From positions 1 to 44,736 of the IMG/VR virus record IMGVR_UViG_3300036779_000059: DNA of 44,736 nt; one strand, 5' to 3'. Below the pieces are notes generated by a model. The model was not told where the DNA came from. It saw only the letters and a list, made by a program, of their open reading frames with translations, and ran no database searches. This stretch comes from a virus (lineage: Duplodnaviria; Caudoviricetes). Below, piece after piece: positions 29,831-36,661 of the stretch. Position numbers and translations under genes: made by a program. Numbering within the stretch: the stretch's first letter is position 1; each line of letters begins with the position of its first letter.

Positions 29831-30177
29831 CACTTTCCTTTCATGCAGTCCGGCTCGATGAAATCTTTCGGACCGTAGCGTTTGCACATGTCCCGTACTT
29901 TTTTCCAGTCCGCTGCGGTCGGTTCATTATCCGGCCTTCGCTTGGCTTCAATACGGTCCCACGCGCGTCCACGTATAAAACCATACGCGAGATGTGTTGC
30001 ACGTGCTTCCTGTCGTAGAACACCTACTCGATGCTGATGCAGTTCACTCTGAATTGCACCCTTCGTTCTGTTCTCCTCTTTCCTGATGATCGCCGCTTCG
30101 GCCATCAAACTCTTGATTTTGACTTTCAGCATTTCGCGGCGGTCGATCACTTTCCACACGTTCTCTTTGTCCCACAT
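29830..30177 (-). CDS. Hypothetical phage protein (LKVKIKSLxAEA...HLAYGFIRGR), candidate target of the upstream leader
   Basis: GGAG SD and ATG 30177, both inside a hairpin. Confidence 0.75.
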   Translation of the reverse strand: MWDKENVWKVIDRREMLKVKIKSLMAEAAIIRKEENRTKGAIQSELHQHRVGVLRQEARATHLAYGFIRGRAWDRIEAKRRPDNEPTAADWKKVRDMCKRYGPKDFIEPDCMKGK

Positions 30178-30222
30178 GGCAGTCTCCGATTGGTTGAAGG
30201 AAGTAGCGAGCGGAAACTGCCA
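30177..30222 (-). promoter_or_regulatory. 12-bp mRNA hairpin sequestering the SD and first start-codon base of 29830-30177
   Basis: UGGCAGUUUCCG (30222-30211) pairs with CGGAGACUGCCA (30188-30177): 11 Watson-Crick pairs plus one G.U; 22-nt loop. Confidence 0.75.
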
Positions 30223-30224
30223 AC

Positions 30225-30263
30225 AGGCGGGTCACGGCATTCACGTCATTTCCTTTTCTCCTT
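30225..30263 (-). promoter_or_regulatory. Leader minigene: AAGGAG SD, AUG ACG UGA(A), then +1 frame UGC CGU GAC CCG CCU (C-R-D-P-P)
   Basis: SD 30263-30258, 8-nt spacer, ATG 30249, TGAA 30243-30240. Confidence 0.65.
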
Positions 30264-30273
30264 CAAAAATTGT

Positions 30274-30344
30274 TGGCGCGCCAGGACGGACTCGAACCGT
30301 CGCAGTCTGGGATTGAAAGCCCTCAGCTCCCCTTGGACCGGCGC
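30274..30344 (-). tRNA. Atypical 71-nt tRNA with reduced D-arm; anticodon UUCA (8-nt loop) or UUC/Glu (7-nt loop)
   Basis: Acceptor GCGCCGG/CTGGCGC, G73, encoded CCA; T-arm GACGG-TTCGAGT-CCGTC; anticodon arm GGG-CTTTCAAT-CCC. Confidence 0.8.
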
Positions 30345-30508
30345 GATCGTGCTGCACTACACAGTTGCATCAAAGCGGCGCGCATTGCGATGATTTCAGC
30401 GTCGAACGCATCGAATACTTCTGGGGGTCCTGCCCCGCGCCATTCGTTAGCCTTCTGAATGGCTTTCACCAGCAGTTTGCGCGCCTTTCTAATCTGGTAT
30501 TCGGTCAT
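30323..30508 (-). CDS. Small hypothetical protein ending within the tRNA 5' end
   Basis: ATGA overlap with the upstream gene. Confidence 0.5.
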   Translation of the reverse strand: MTEYQIRKARKLLVKAIQKANEWRGAGPPEVFDAFDAEIIAMRAALMQLCSAARSRRSKGS

Positions 30509-30912
30509 GCTTTCCTCACGCTGACTTCGTACGAACTTTCCGAACTCAGGCCGGGTGGCACTTTAGTCGGGTACTCCTTCAGCCACTCCGCCATGGCTTT
30601 CTGCGCGATGCGGCGCTCCAGCAGCTCGACGACGCCATTGGCCAGGATGAAGGTCTTCATCGCGTCCCAGTCGTTGGTGAAGTACCGGGTTTTCATCGAC
30701 ATGATGATGGTGCCCTCGGTGGTACGCATCGACGTCACACCGAGCTTTTTCATCTCCTCTTGCAGCGCCTGCCGGACGATCTCCTGCTGACTCTTCAATG
30801 CTTCGATCTGTGCGTCGTACTCCTTCTGGATATTGGCGATGGCTTCGCGCATTTTCACATACGCTTTCGCCAGCTTGTCCATGGGAACGTAGGTGTCGTC
30901 TTGGCCTGCCAT
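30505..30912 (-). CDS. Coiled-coil protein (Gam/Gp157-like) of the replication module
   Basis: N-terminal coiled coil; DWDAMKTFI...LLERRI...PPGL motifs. Confidence 0.65.
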   Translation of the reverse strand: MAGQDDTYVPMDKLAKAYVKMREAIANIQKEYDAQIEALKSQQEIVRQALQEEMKKLGVTSMRTTEGTIIMSMKTRYFTNDWDAMKTFILANGVVELLERRIAQKAMAEWLKEYPTKVPPGLSSESSYEVSVRKA

Positions 30913-30940
30913 GACTTTCCTCGTGGGGTTAGGTCTTATA

Positions 30941-30976
30941 GTACAGAACTGTACAGGCCATTTTTCAGGATGTCAA
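30941..30976 (-). promoter_or_regulatory. Sigma70-type promoter TTGACA-17-TACAGT with overlapping palindrome GTACAG-N2-CTGTAC (putative operator)
   Basis: -35 at 30976-30971, -10 at 30953-30948, palindrome 30941-30954. Confidence 0.65.
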
Positions 30977-32541
30977 ACGTCTTCTGCAAGTACAGCTTTG
31001 TACATTGAGATCAACGATTCGTGGTCTTCTAACCGTCGCTCCAGCATCGAGTACATGTGCCGCTCCGCTGGCGATCCCTCCAGGTGAATCACCGTCACTT
31101 TGGAGCTGGTCTGTCCCAGGCGGTCGGCGCGGGAGATGCCCTGTTTGTACAGCTCGACCGATGGCACGGGACCCCAATACACCACTGTATCTGCGGCGGT
31201 AAGTGTAATCCCATGCGATGCGGCTTGAGGCTGGATCACGATCACGTGCGGATCTGTTTTGGTTTGGAAAGCGTCGATGATTTTGGTTCGCTGCGTTACC
31301 GTCACGCCACCGTGAATGGCGTCGTTGCTGACGCCATGCTTGGTGAGATACGTTTGCACCGTATCGATGCTGTGCCTGAAATGCGCGAACACGATGATCT
31401 TGCGATTTGTTTCAAGGATTGCCTCCATCAAGACTTTCAATCTCGGAGTGCAGTCGAACTCGACTACTTCATGGTTGTCTGAATATGCCGCGCCTGCGGA
31501 GATCTGTAGCAATTTGTTCAACGATGCTGCCGCGTTCACAGCGGTAATAGTCTCCCCCGCAGTATCGAACACCATTTTTTCTTTGATCAAGCGATAGTAT
31601 TTCTGCTGTTGGGCCGTCAATGGCACTTCCCGCGTCTCGGTGAGGACGGGCGGTAAATCCAAGCACTGTTCCTTGGTGTGGCGGATTGCAGGCTGGAGCG
31701 CAGTGAATACGGTAGCCTGGGCGTCCTTGCGCGGCACCCACTTGTACATGGAAGCTTTCAACATCACCTTGTCGCGCCAAGCGCCAAAGAACGTCGGCAC
31801 AGCGGAGGGATTCACTAGCTTCGCCAAACCATAAGCGTCCACGGGCGATTGCGCCGCTGGGGTCCCCGTCATCATCCACAGCATCGTCTCCGGTTTGATG
31901 ATGCTTCTTAGTGTTTTCCAGCGTCTAGTCCCAGTAGCTTTTACTGCGTTGGCTTCGTCCGCGATGACCAGATCGAACGTACCGTCCGCCATGATTGTTT
32001 CACGAATGATTTCCAAGCCGTCGTAATTGACAATGACGAATTCATACGGGCCTTGGACCAGAGTACGTCGCCGTTCTGCATTACTGTTATGTGCGACACA
32101 TGCGGTCCGATGAATGATTGAGTGGTGCAGATCTCGCATCCATGCGCTGTGCATGATACTGAGAGGGGAAACAATGAGACAGCGGCGTACTCGACCAATA
32201 GACATAAGATAGTCTGCGGCCCAGAGAGCTGATAGCGTTTTACCAGTTCCCGGCTCTCCAAAATTGAACGCGCGGCTATGAAGAGTAAGGAAGGAGGCAA
32301 CGTCTTTTTGGTGCTTAAAAGGGACGTATCGTCCTGGCCACGTATATTTTTTGAAGATAGGAGATGGCACATCACGGACACCCAAATTTCTAAGGACACG
32401 CGCTTCATCGAGTCCCCAGGCAACTGCAATCTCATGAACGCCATCAGCGCCTTTCCCAAGATCCTGGCTGCGCGGGATGATGCTGAACTTGGACGGGTTA
32501 CGCGTCCGCAGCACCAGGATTTTGTTCTCTACGATTTGCAC
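30973..32541 (-). CDS. SNF2-type SF2 helicase
   Basis: EPGTGKT, IADEA, MTGTP, HGITLT and QGISRADRLGQ motifs. Confidence 0.9.
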   Translation of the reverse strand: MQIVENKILVLRTRNPSKFSIIPRSQDLGKGADGVHEIAVAWGLDEARVLRNLGVRDVPSPIFKKYTWPGRYVPFKHQKDVASFLTLHSRAFNFGEPGTGKTLSALWAADYLMSIGRVRRCLIVSPLSIMHSAWMRDLHHSIIHRTACVAHNSNAERRRTLVQGPYEFVIVNYDGLEIIRETIMADGTFDLVIADEANAVKATGTRRWKTLRSIIKPETMLWMMTGTPAAQSPVDAYGLAKLVNPSAVPTFFGAWRDKVMLKASMYKWVPRKDAQATVFTALQPAIRHTKEQCLDLPPVLTETREVPLTAQQQKYYRLIKEKMVFDTAGETITAVNAAASLNKLLQISAGAAYSDNHEVVEFDCTPRLKVLMEAILETNRKIIVFAHFRHSIDTVQTYLTKHGVSNDAIHGGVTVTQRTKIIDAFQTKTDPHVIVIQPQAASHGITLTAADTVVYWGPVPSVELYKQGISRADRLGQTSSKVTVIHLEGSPAERHMYSMLERRLEDHESLISMYKAVLAEDV

Positions 32542-32542
32542 T

Positions 32543-32902
32543 TCACACCAATCGGTAGTACGTGGTATTCATTGCGTCGCTGTACCACTCTAGCCAGTGA
32601 AGCTCGATCAATCGCTTCGCTATTACCTGCCAGTCCAGATCGAGCGACCAATGCACTATCCAACCTTCGCCATTTTTCGTCAGCCACAGATCTTTGATGG
32701 CCGTTGCGTTCATGGCGAAGCACGGTCGGTTTGCGTCGAACGCTTGCGGCATCAACGGCGGATTTGGAGCCTGTTGTGGTACTTGACCAACGGTGTACAT
32801 TGGCTGTGGTTGCAGTTGCAACGCCGGAAACTGCACCCACGCGTTATGCGTGCCGGTGTTGTCGGTCCACGTCAGATTTCCACCTGTCGTAGTGATCGTC
32901 AT
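32543..32902 (-). CDS. Hypothetical protein, paralogue family A copy 1
   Basis: DLWLTKNGEGW...KRL...WLE...YYRL. Confidence 0.65.
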   Translation of the reverse strand: MTITTTGGNLTWTDNTGTHNAWVQFPALQLQPQPMYTVGQVPQQAPNPPLMPQAFDANRPCFAMNATAIKDLWLTKNGEGWIVHWSLDLDWQVIAKRLIELHWLEWYSDAMNTTYYRLV

Positions 32903-33315
32903 TTTCTGTACTTCTCCGGGAGAAGGCGGTAATACTGGAGCCCACCGCCCAGCGTTGTGATCTCAAACCAGCGCCGCTCCATCATGCGCTGCATGACAAT
33001 TTTGTACTCGACGTCCACCTGCTGTCCAGATATCCACCGATCTCCGAAGTGTGCTTCCCAGAGGCTGATGCAGCTGTCTAGATCGAGCTGGTAGCCTGGG
33101 TCTTCGATTGACTGTGATTGTGCTGCTTGCTGCGCTTGTTGTGCGTACTGCTGAGGACCGCCAAGCAAGTTACCAAAACCGCCTTGACCGCCTTGTATCC
33201 CTTGATAGATTGCGTTTTGCTGATTTTGTATATTCAGTCCCATTCCTGGATTCGGCGGTCCAATTGTGTACGTGGGTTGACCCATACCACCAAGCAAGTT
33301 TCCGAGAATACCCAT
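32899..33315 (-). CDS. Hypothetical protein, paralogue family A copy 2 (Q/G-rich N-terminus)
   Basis: AGGAG SD; SLWEAHFGDRW...QRM...WFE...YYRLLPE. Confidence 0.7.
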   Translation of the reverse strand: MGILGNLLGGMGQPTYTIGPPNPGMGLNIQNQQNAIYQGIQGGQGGFGNLLGGPQQYAQQAQQAAQSQSIEDPGYQLDLDSCISLWEAHFGDRWISGQQVDVEYKIVMQRMMERRWFEITTLGGGLQYYRLLPEKYRK

Positions 33316-33325
33316 TTCAATTCTC

Positions 33326-33517
33326 CTAGCGTATTGCCACGAACGTACCATACTGCAACCAGTACACCACTTTTTCGCCCGGTAGCACTTTCAACTCGGG
33401 TGCGAATTCCACTACTTTTTTCCCACCAGGGTGGTTGGGAATGCGCCGACCTTTGAGAAAGATCGGCCTGTCACTGGTGTTAGTGACTTCAATCGGTCGC
33501 AAATCAGAGATGGTCAT
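33326..33517 (-). CDS. Small hypothetical protein
   Basis: Fits operon tiling. Confidence 0.5.
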   Translation of the reverse strand: MTISDLRPIEVTNTSDRPIFLKGRRIPNHPGGKKVVEFAPELKVLPGEKVVYWLQYGTFVAIR

Positions 33518-33734
33518 GGCGTGTGATGGAGCGGCGCGTTCTCATAATCGCTACTTCGAATGCATCGCGCGCCAACGTCTTTGAGATTGGATCGATGTTC
33601 ATGTCAGCATCAAGGCGTCGGAAAAATGCTCGCAATTTAGCTTCTATGTGATCGACTTCGCTCAGGTGATCCTGTTGTAGCGACGTCCGCTGTACAAATA
33701 TAGGTGTTCGATGCTCTTCTTTTGCTACTTCCAT
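33504..33734 (-). CDS. Small hypothetical protein
   Basis: GGAGGAG SD before ATG 33734. Confidence 0.55.
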   Translation of the reverse strand: MEVAKEEHRTPIFVQRTSLQQDHLSEVDHIEAKLRAFFRRLDADMNIDPISKTLARDAFEVAIMRTRRSITRHDHL

Positions 33735-34105
33735 AGCTCCTCCGGTAGCAAGCGCCAAACGTCGTTGAAGTGCTCGAACCAACCACGCGTGTTCAAGCGA
33801 TGAAAAATCGTGGCGTAATCTTTCTCTGGGTGCTCTTCTGGGTTTACTACCCAGGTGTCTCCATGTCTGGTCAGCCACAAACGACCCGCCGAAACCAGAT
33901 CCACTTCCATTCCTGGACTGCTTGGGCTCAGTACACCGAATACAGGTGTAATGGGCTGAATTGGTCGAAGTCCAGCCGGCGCTTTATTTTGCGTTCGATG
34001 CAGCTTTTCGTACTCTGCATATTTTCTCTTGATGTACGCTTCACGACCCTCAGAAAGATCGTCTTCCCAAGGTGGATACTTTTTATCTGCTGTGGTGATG
34101 GCCAT
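33725..34105 (-). CDS. Hypothetical protein, paralogue family A copy 3
   Basis: RLWLTRHGDTW...HRL...WFE...WRLLPE. Confidence 0.65.
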   Translation of the reverse strand: MAITTADKKYPPWEDDLSEGREAYIKRKYAEYEKLHRTQNKAPAGLRPIQPITPVFGVLSPSSPGMEVDLVSAGRLWLTRHGDTWVVNPEEHPEKDYATIFHRLNTRGWFEHFNDVWRLLPEELWK

Positions 34106-34362
34106 CAGTCGTACCCTTTCGCGCCCTTACGCCAAGCCCTGTTCACTGCTTTCGCCACCACACGCGTGTTCGCTTCTGTATTCGGACCGCCCTTGCGCAG
34201 GGGTTTCTTATGATCCACTTCTGTATTGTCACCTACGGCGGCCTTTCCTTCCCGAATTGCACGCTGCCGAGCGAGGTTGCGCTCTTCGCGCTTCTTAATC
34301 TCGCTTGGAGTAGATTCGTATCGCGTCATGTAGGAGATTTTCTCCTTGCTTGATTTCGTCAT
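34105..34362 (-). CDS. Small HNH-motif nuclease
   Basis: EVDHKKPLRKGGPN...N...VNR. Confidence 0.75.
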   Translation of the reverse strand: MTKSSKEKISYMTRYESTPSEIKKREERNLARQRAIREGKAAVGDNTEVDHKKPLRKGGPNTEANTRVVAKAVNRAWRKGAKGYD

Positions 34363-34504
34363 CGCTGGCTCCTGAATCCCGCAGGGTCTGCATAAAAAGC
34401 CCGTGTGCTAGGTAAGGGTAGTACGTTTGTTCAAGCGAGCCGTAGACCCCACGGGGATCAGTGTGCCCAATGCTATAGCGCTCGGTGGCTTTGATTTTGA
34501 TCAC
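34295..34504 (-). CDS. Possible small hypothetical protein
   Basis: GTGA overlap start; fills the gap but overlaps the next gene by 68 nt. Confidence 0.35.
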   Translation of the reverse strand: MIKIKATERYSIGHTDPRGVYGSLEQTYYPYLAHGLFMQTLRDSGASDDEIKQGENLLHDAIRIYSKRD

Positions 34505-34788
34505 TTTGGTACAGATAAAACGTATAAAAAAGCGGTCAAGGTCGCTACAAAGACTCCGAACGCGCGCAATGCAAGCGCCAGCGGTGGTAAGGGTGGAACG
34601 CCCACCGTGAAACGCCGCCGAATTTCGCGTACCGACAGGTGGGTGAACGAGCGGCCTGCGATACGATCGCTTGCCACCCAAAAGGCGCACATAACCCAAA
34701 AGCCCGCAGCGAAAATGTTCACGTCACCGTGCCATACAGCAAAGCCAGCCGCTGCCACGGCCAGAGCGCATGCCACTAAAGTCAACAT
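34501..34788 (-). CDS. Small integral membrane protein (about 3 TM)
   Basis: Three hydrophobic segments; overlaps the stop of the secreted-protein gene. Confidence 0.6.
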   Translation of the reverse strand: MLTLVACALAVAAAGFAVWHGDVNIFAAGFWVMCAFWVASDRIAGRSFTHLSVREIRRRFTVGVPPLPPLALALRAFGVFVATLTAFLYVLSVPK

Positions 34789-35756
34789 GAGATCGACGCA
34801 GAATAGTCACTCATCTCTTGAGTGCAGCCCCAATCGCCTGACGAACTCAGCGGCTCACCTTGTCCAGTCATGTTGATAATTCCGCTGTCCATGGCGTATT
34901 GGACTTTGCCGATGCTCAGTATCGTAGCTGCTGGATTGAACACAGCCTGCTGCAGGGCGGTGGCACCAGAGGCGACGTCTTTCGTAAAAGCATACGAAAA
35001 TGACGGGAACACGGTTTCTAAAAAAGCATTGACGACATTGCCGGAGGCGTAGCCAACACCGAACCACAACGAGACGCGAGCACCGACATAAACGGCTGTC
35101 TCCTCGATGGCCGAATACACGCTCAGGTTGCCCACAGGTGCCGTGCGGAACTCAAGGTATATTTCGTAGATTGTCATATCCGGCGTCGGTGCTGGTCCCA
35201 TCGCGCCGATAGGTCCGATACTTGCCGCTCCTTTAATAACGGCAGCCATCATCGTCGCAGTTCCGCTGGCTTTTTGTGGGCTTGAGACAAATGCCAGCGC
35301 AACGTTGGACGGTGCGTACTGTTTGACGGCGAGTGCCGTGGCTTCCTGTCCGAATGCCGCTGCCACCGACGTCAGTCCTTCCGCACCTACATTGGCCGCG
35401 ATAATTTTGAGAAGTTGCGGACTTGAACCACTCGCGTAGTTGTAGACCGCTGCCACATTGGCAAGTTCATCGACAGTCAGACGACTGACAATTGTCGCGG
35501 CGTTGCCTTGGAAGTTCTGCTCGATGATGGTCGCAAACCGTTCATGCACCTGGGCAGGGCTGTCGCCAATGATGAGAGCCGTTTTTGCCACTCCAGTTGG
35601 GCTATGCGAAGATCCGCTGGTTAGCGCGCTTGTTGTTAGCGGACTTATTGTGTAACAAAAAGGTGTTACATCACTGTACGCTGGCGTGGTGAAAAGTATC
35701 CCCAATACAAATGGACACGCTGCGAGCACTTGTCTACGGGCGACGTTCGCTTCCAT
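34782..35756 (-). CDS. Secreted protein with N-terminal signal peptide (moron-like)
   Basis: GGAG SD, ATG 35756; MEANVARRQVLAACPFVLGILFTTPAYS|D. Confidence 0.7.
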   Translation of the reverse strand: MEANVARRQVLAACPFVLGILFTTPAYSDVTPFCYTISPLTTSALTSGSSHSPTGVAKTALIIGDSPAQVHERFATIIEQNFQGNAATIVSRLTVDELANVAAVYNYASGSSPQLLKIIAANVGAEGLTSVAAAFGQEATALAVKQYAPSNVALAFVSSPQKASGTATMMAAVIKGAASIGPIGAMGPAPTPDMTIYEIYLEFRTAPVGNLSVYSAIEETAVYVGARVSLWFGVGYASGNVVNAFLETVFPSFSYAFTKDVASGATALQQAVFNPAATILSIGKVQYAMDSGIINMTGQGEPLSSSGDWGCTQEMSDYSASISC

Positions 35757-35775
35757 TTTTGAGTTCTCCAAACGT

Positions 35776-35797
35776 GCGTATGAAGGCAGGCATACGC
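35776..35797. promoter_or_regulatory. 7-bp hairpin GCGTATG-N8-CATACGC just upstream of the secreted-protein RBS
   Basis: Perfect inverted repeat in an intergenic gap. Confidence 0.4.
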
Positions 35798-35820
35798 GAC
35801 CTGTGTGACTTTGTATTTGT

Positions 35821-35934
35821 TCATTTATGGAACAACGTCATCAGCGAGTTGAATACCATGGTTCCCGCTGCAAAACCGAAGCCGAATAAAAGGCCGGTGA
35901 GAGCCCACTGCCACCATTGTAGAGATCCGATCAT
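35821..35934 (-). CDS. 37-aa single-TM peptide (MIGSLQWWQWALTGLLFGFGFAAG...)
   Basis: ATGA overlap; below the ORF-track length cutoff. Confidence 0.5.
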   Translation of the reverse strand: MIGSLQWWQWALTGLLFGFGFAAGTMVFNSLMTLFHK

Positions 35935-36551
35935 GGCAACCCTGCCCAGATCTGGATTGCGTCTTCTACAGATTGTTCAAAACCGACTTTTTCTGTGTGA
36001 TGACCGCCATCCTTATGAATAACGGCAAGAAGATCCCTAGCTTTCCGCACGCGGGCCTCGGCGGCTTGTTTCTGCTCCTCTACTCTCTCGGCTGTTCGCC
36101 TCCAAGATGCAGACTCGGTAGTCATACCCTTGACCCGTTCTTCGGTAGCTTCAAGTTGTCGCTCCAACTCCGCCACCCGCGCTCTCAGGTCGGGCGGGGC
36201 TGACAAATCAGCAAGTTCATCGATCGCACTGCGCAGTCGTTCTTCCTGTGCTCGCGCGTATTGGCATTTAGCTTCGTCTAATTCGATCGGCTTGACTGCG
36301 ACATCAGACCAAGCCGCGCAGGTTTCAATGCGAACGGCATGAGCATGTTGCCGCAATGACTTACCAAGCAACACTTCACGCGGCTGATCCGCCACCGGCT
36401 CCTGCTGCGGCGCGGGCGGTGCGGCGGCGAGCATGGCGTACCAGATTTTTGAATAAGCTTTCAGCGAATCAAATCTGATTTCGGTGGCTTCCTGCCCAGC
36501 CCGCAGCATTTCCAGCGTCGGCTCAACCGGCACTAGCTTCCAATCGCTCAT
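35931..36551 (-). CDS. Ead/Eaa-like accessory phage protein
   Basis: WKLVPVEPTLEML...YAMLAAAP motif; coiled coil. Confidence 0.65.
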   Translation of the reverse strand: MSDWKLVPVEPTLEMLRAGQEATEIRFDSLKAYSKIWYAMLAAAPPAPQQEPVADQPREVLLGKSLRQHAHAVRIETCAAWSDVAVKPIELDEAKCQYARAQEERLRSAIDELADLSAPPDLRARVAELERQLEATEERVKGMTTESASWRRTAERVEEQKQAAEARVRKARDLLAVIHKDGGHHTEKVGFEQSVEDAIQIWAGLP

Positions 36552-36661
36552 GGCAACCCCGGCATCTGTGAAAGGATGAACACGAACGCAATGAACAGCC
36601 CGGTCATGAGCCCAAGCCAGAATGAACTCCAGCTGAAATCTTCAGTAGCTTGTTTGTCCAT
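36548..36661 (-). CDS. 37-aa single-TM peptide (MDKQATEDFSWSSFWLGLMTGLFIAFVFIL...)
   Basis: Fills the gap; stop overlaps the next ATG. Confidence 0.5.
   Translation of the reverse strand: MDKQATEDFSWSSFWLGLMTGLFIAFVFILSQMPGLP

Noticed and set aside
30178-30249. Simple in-frame UGA read-through giving a 24-aa N-terminal extension of 29830-30177
   Set aside because: The leader ATG is in frame but would need two UGA read-throughs. The +1 reading explains the 8-nt loop, RDPP and hairpin spacing better. Not fully excluded.
30274-30344. Selenocysteine tRNA or genome-wide UGA recoding
   Set aside because: It lacks the long variable arm and extended acceptor of tRNA-Sec, and TGA is used as a normal stop throughout with intact long ORFs.
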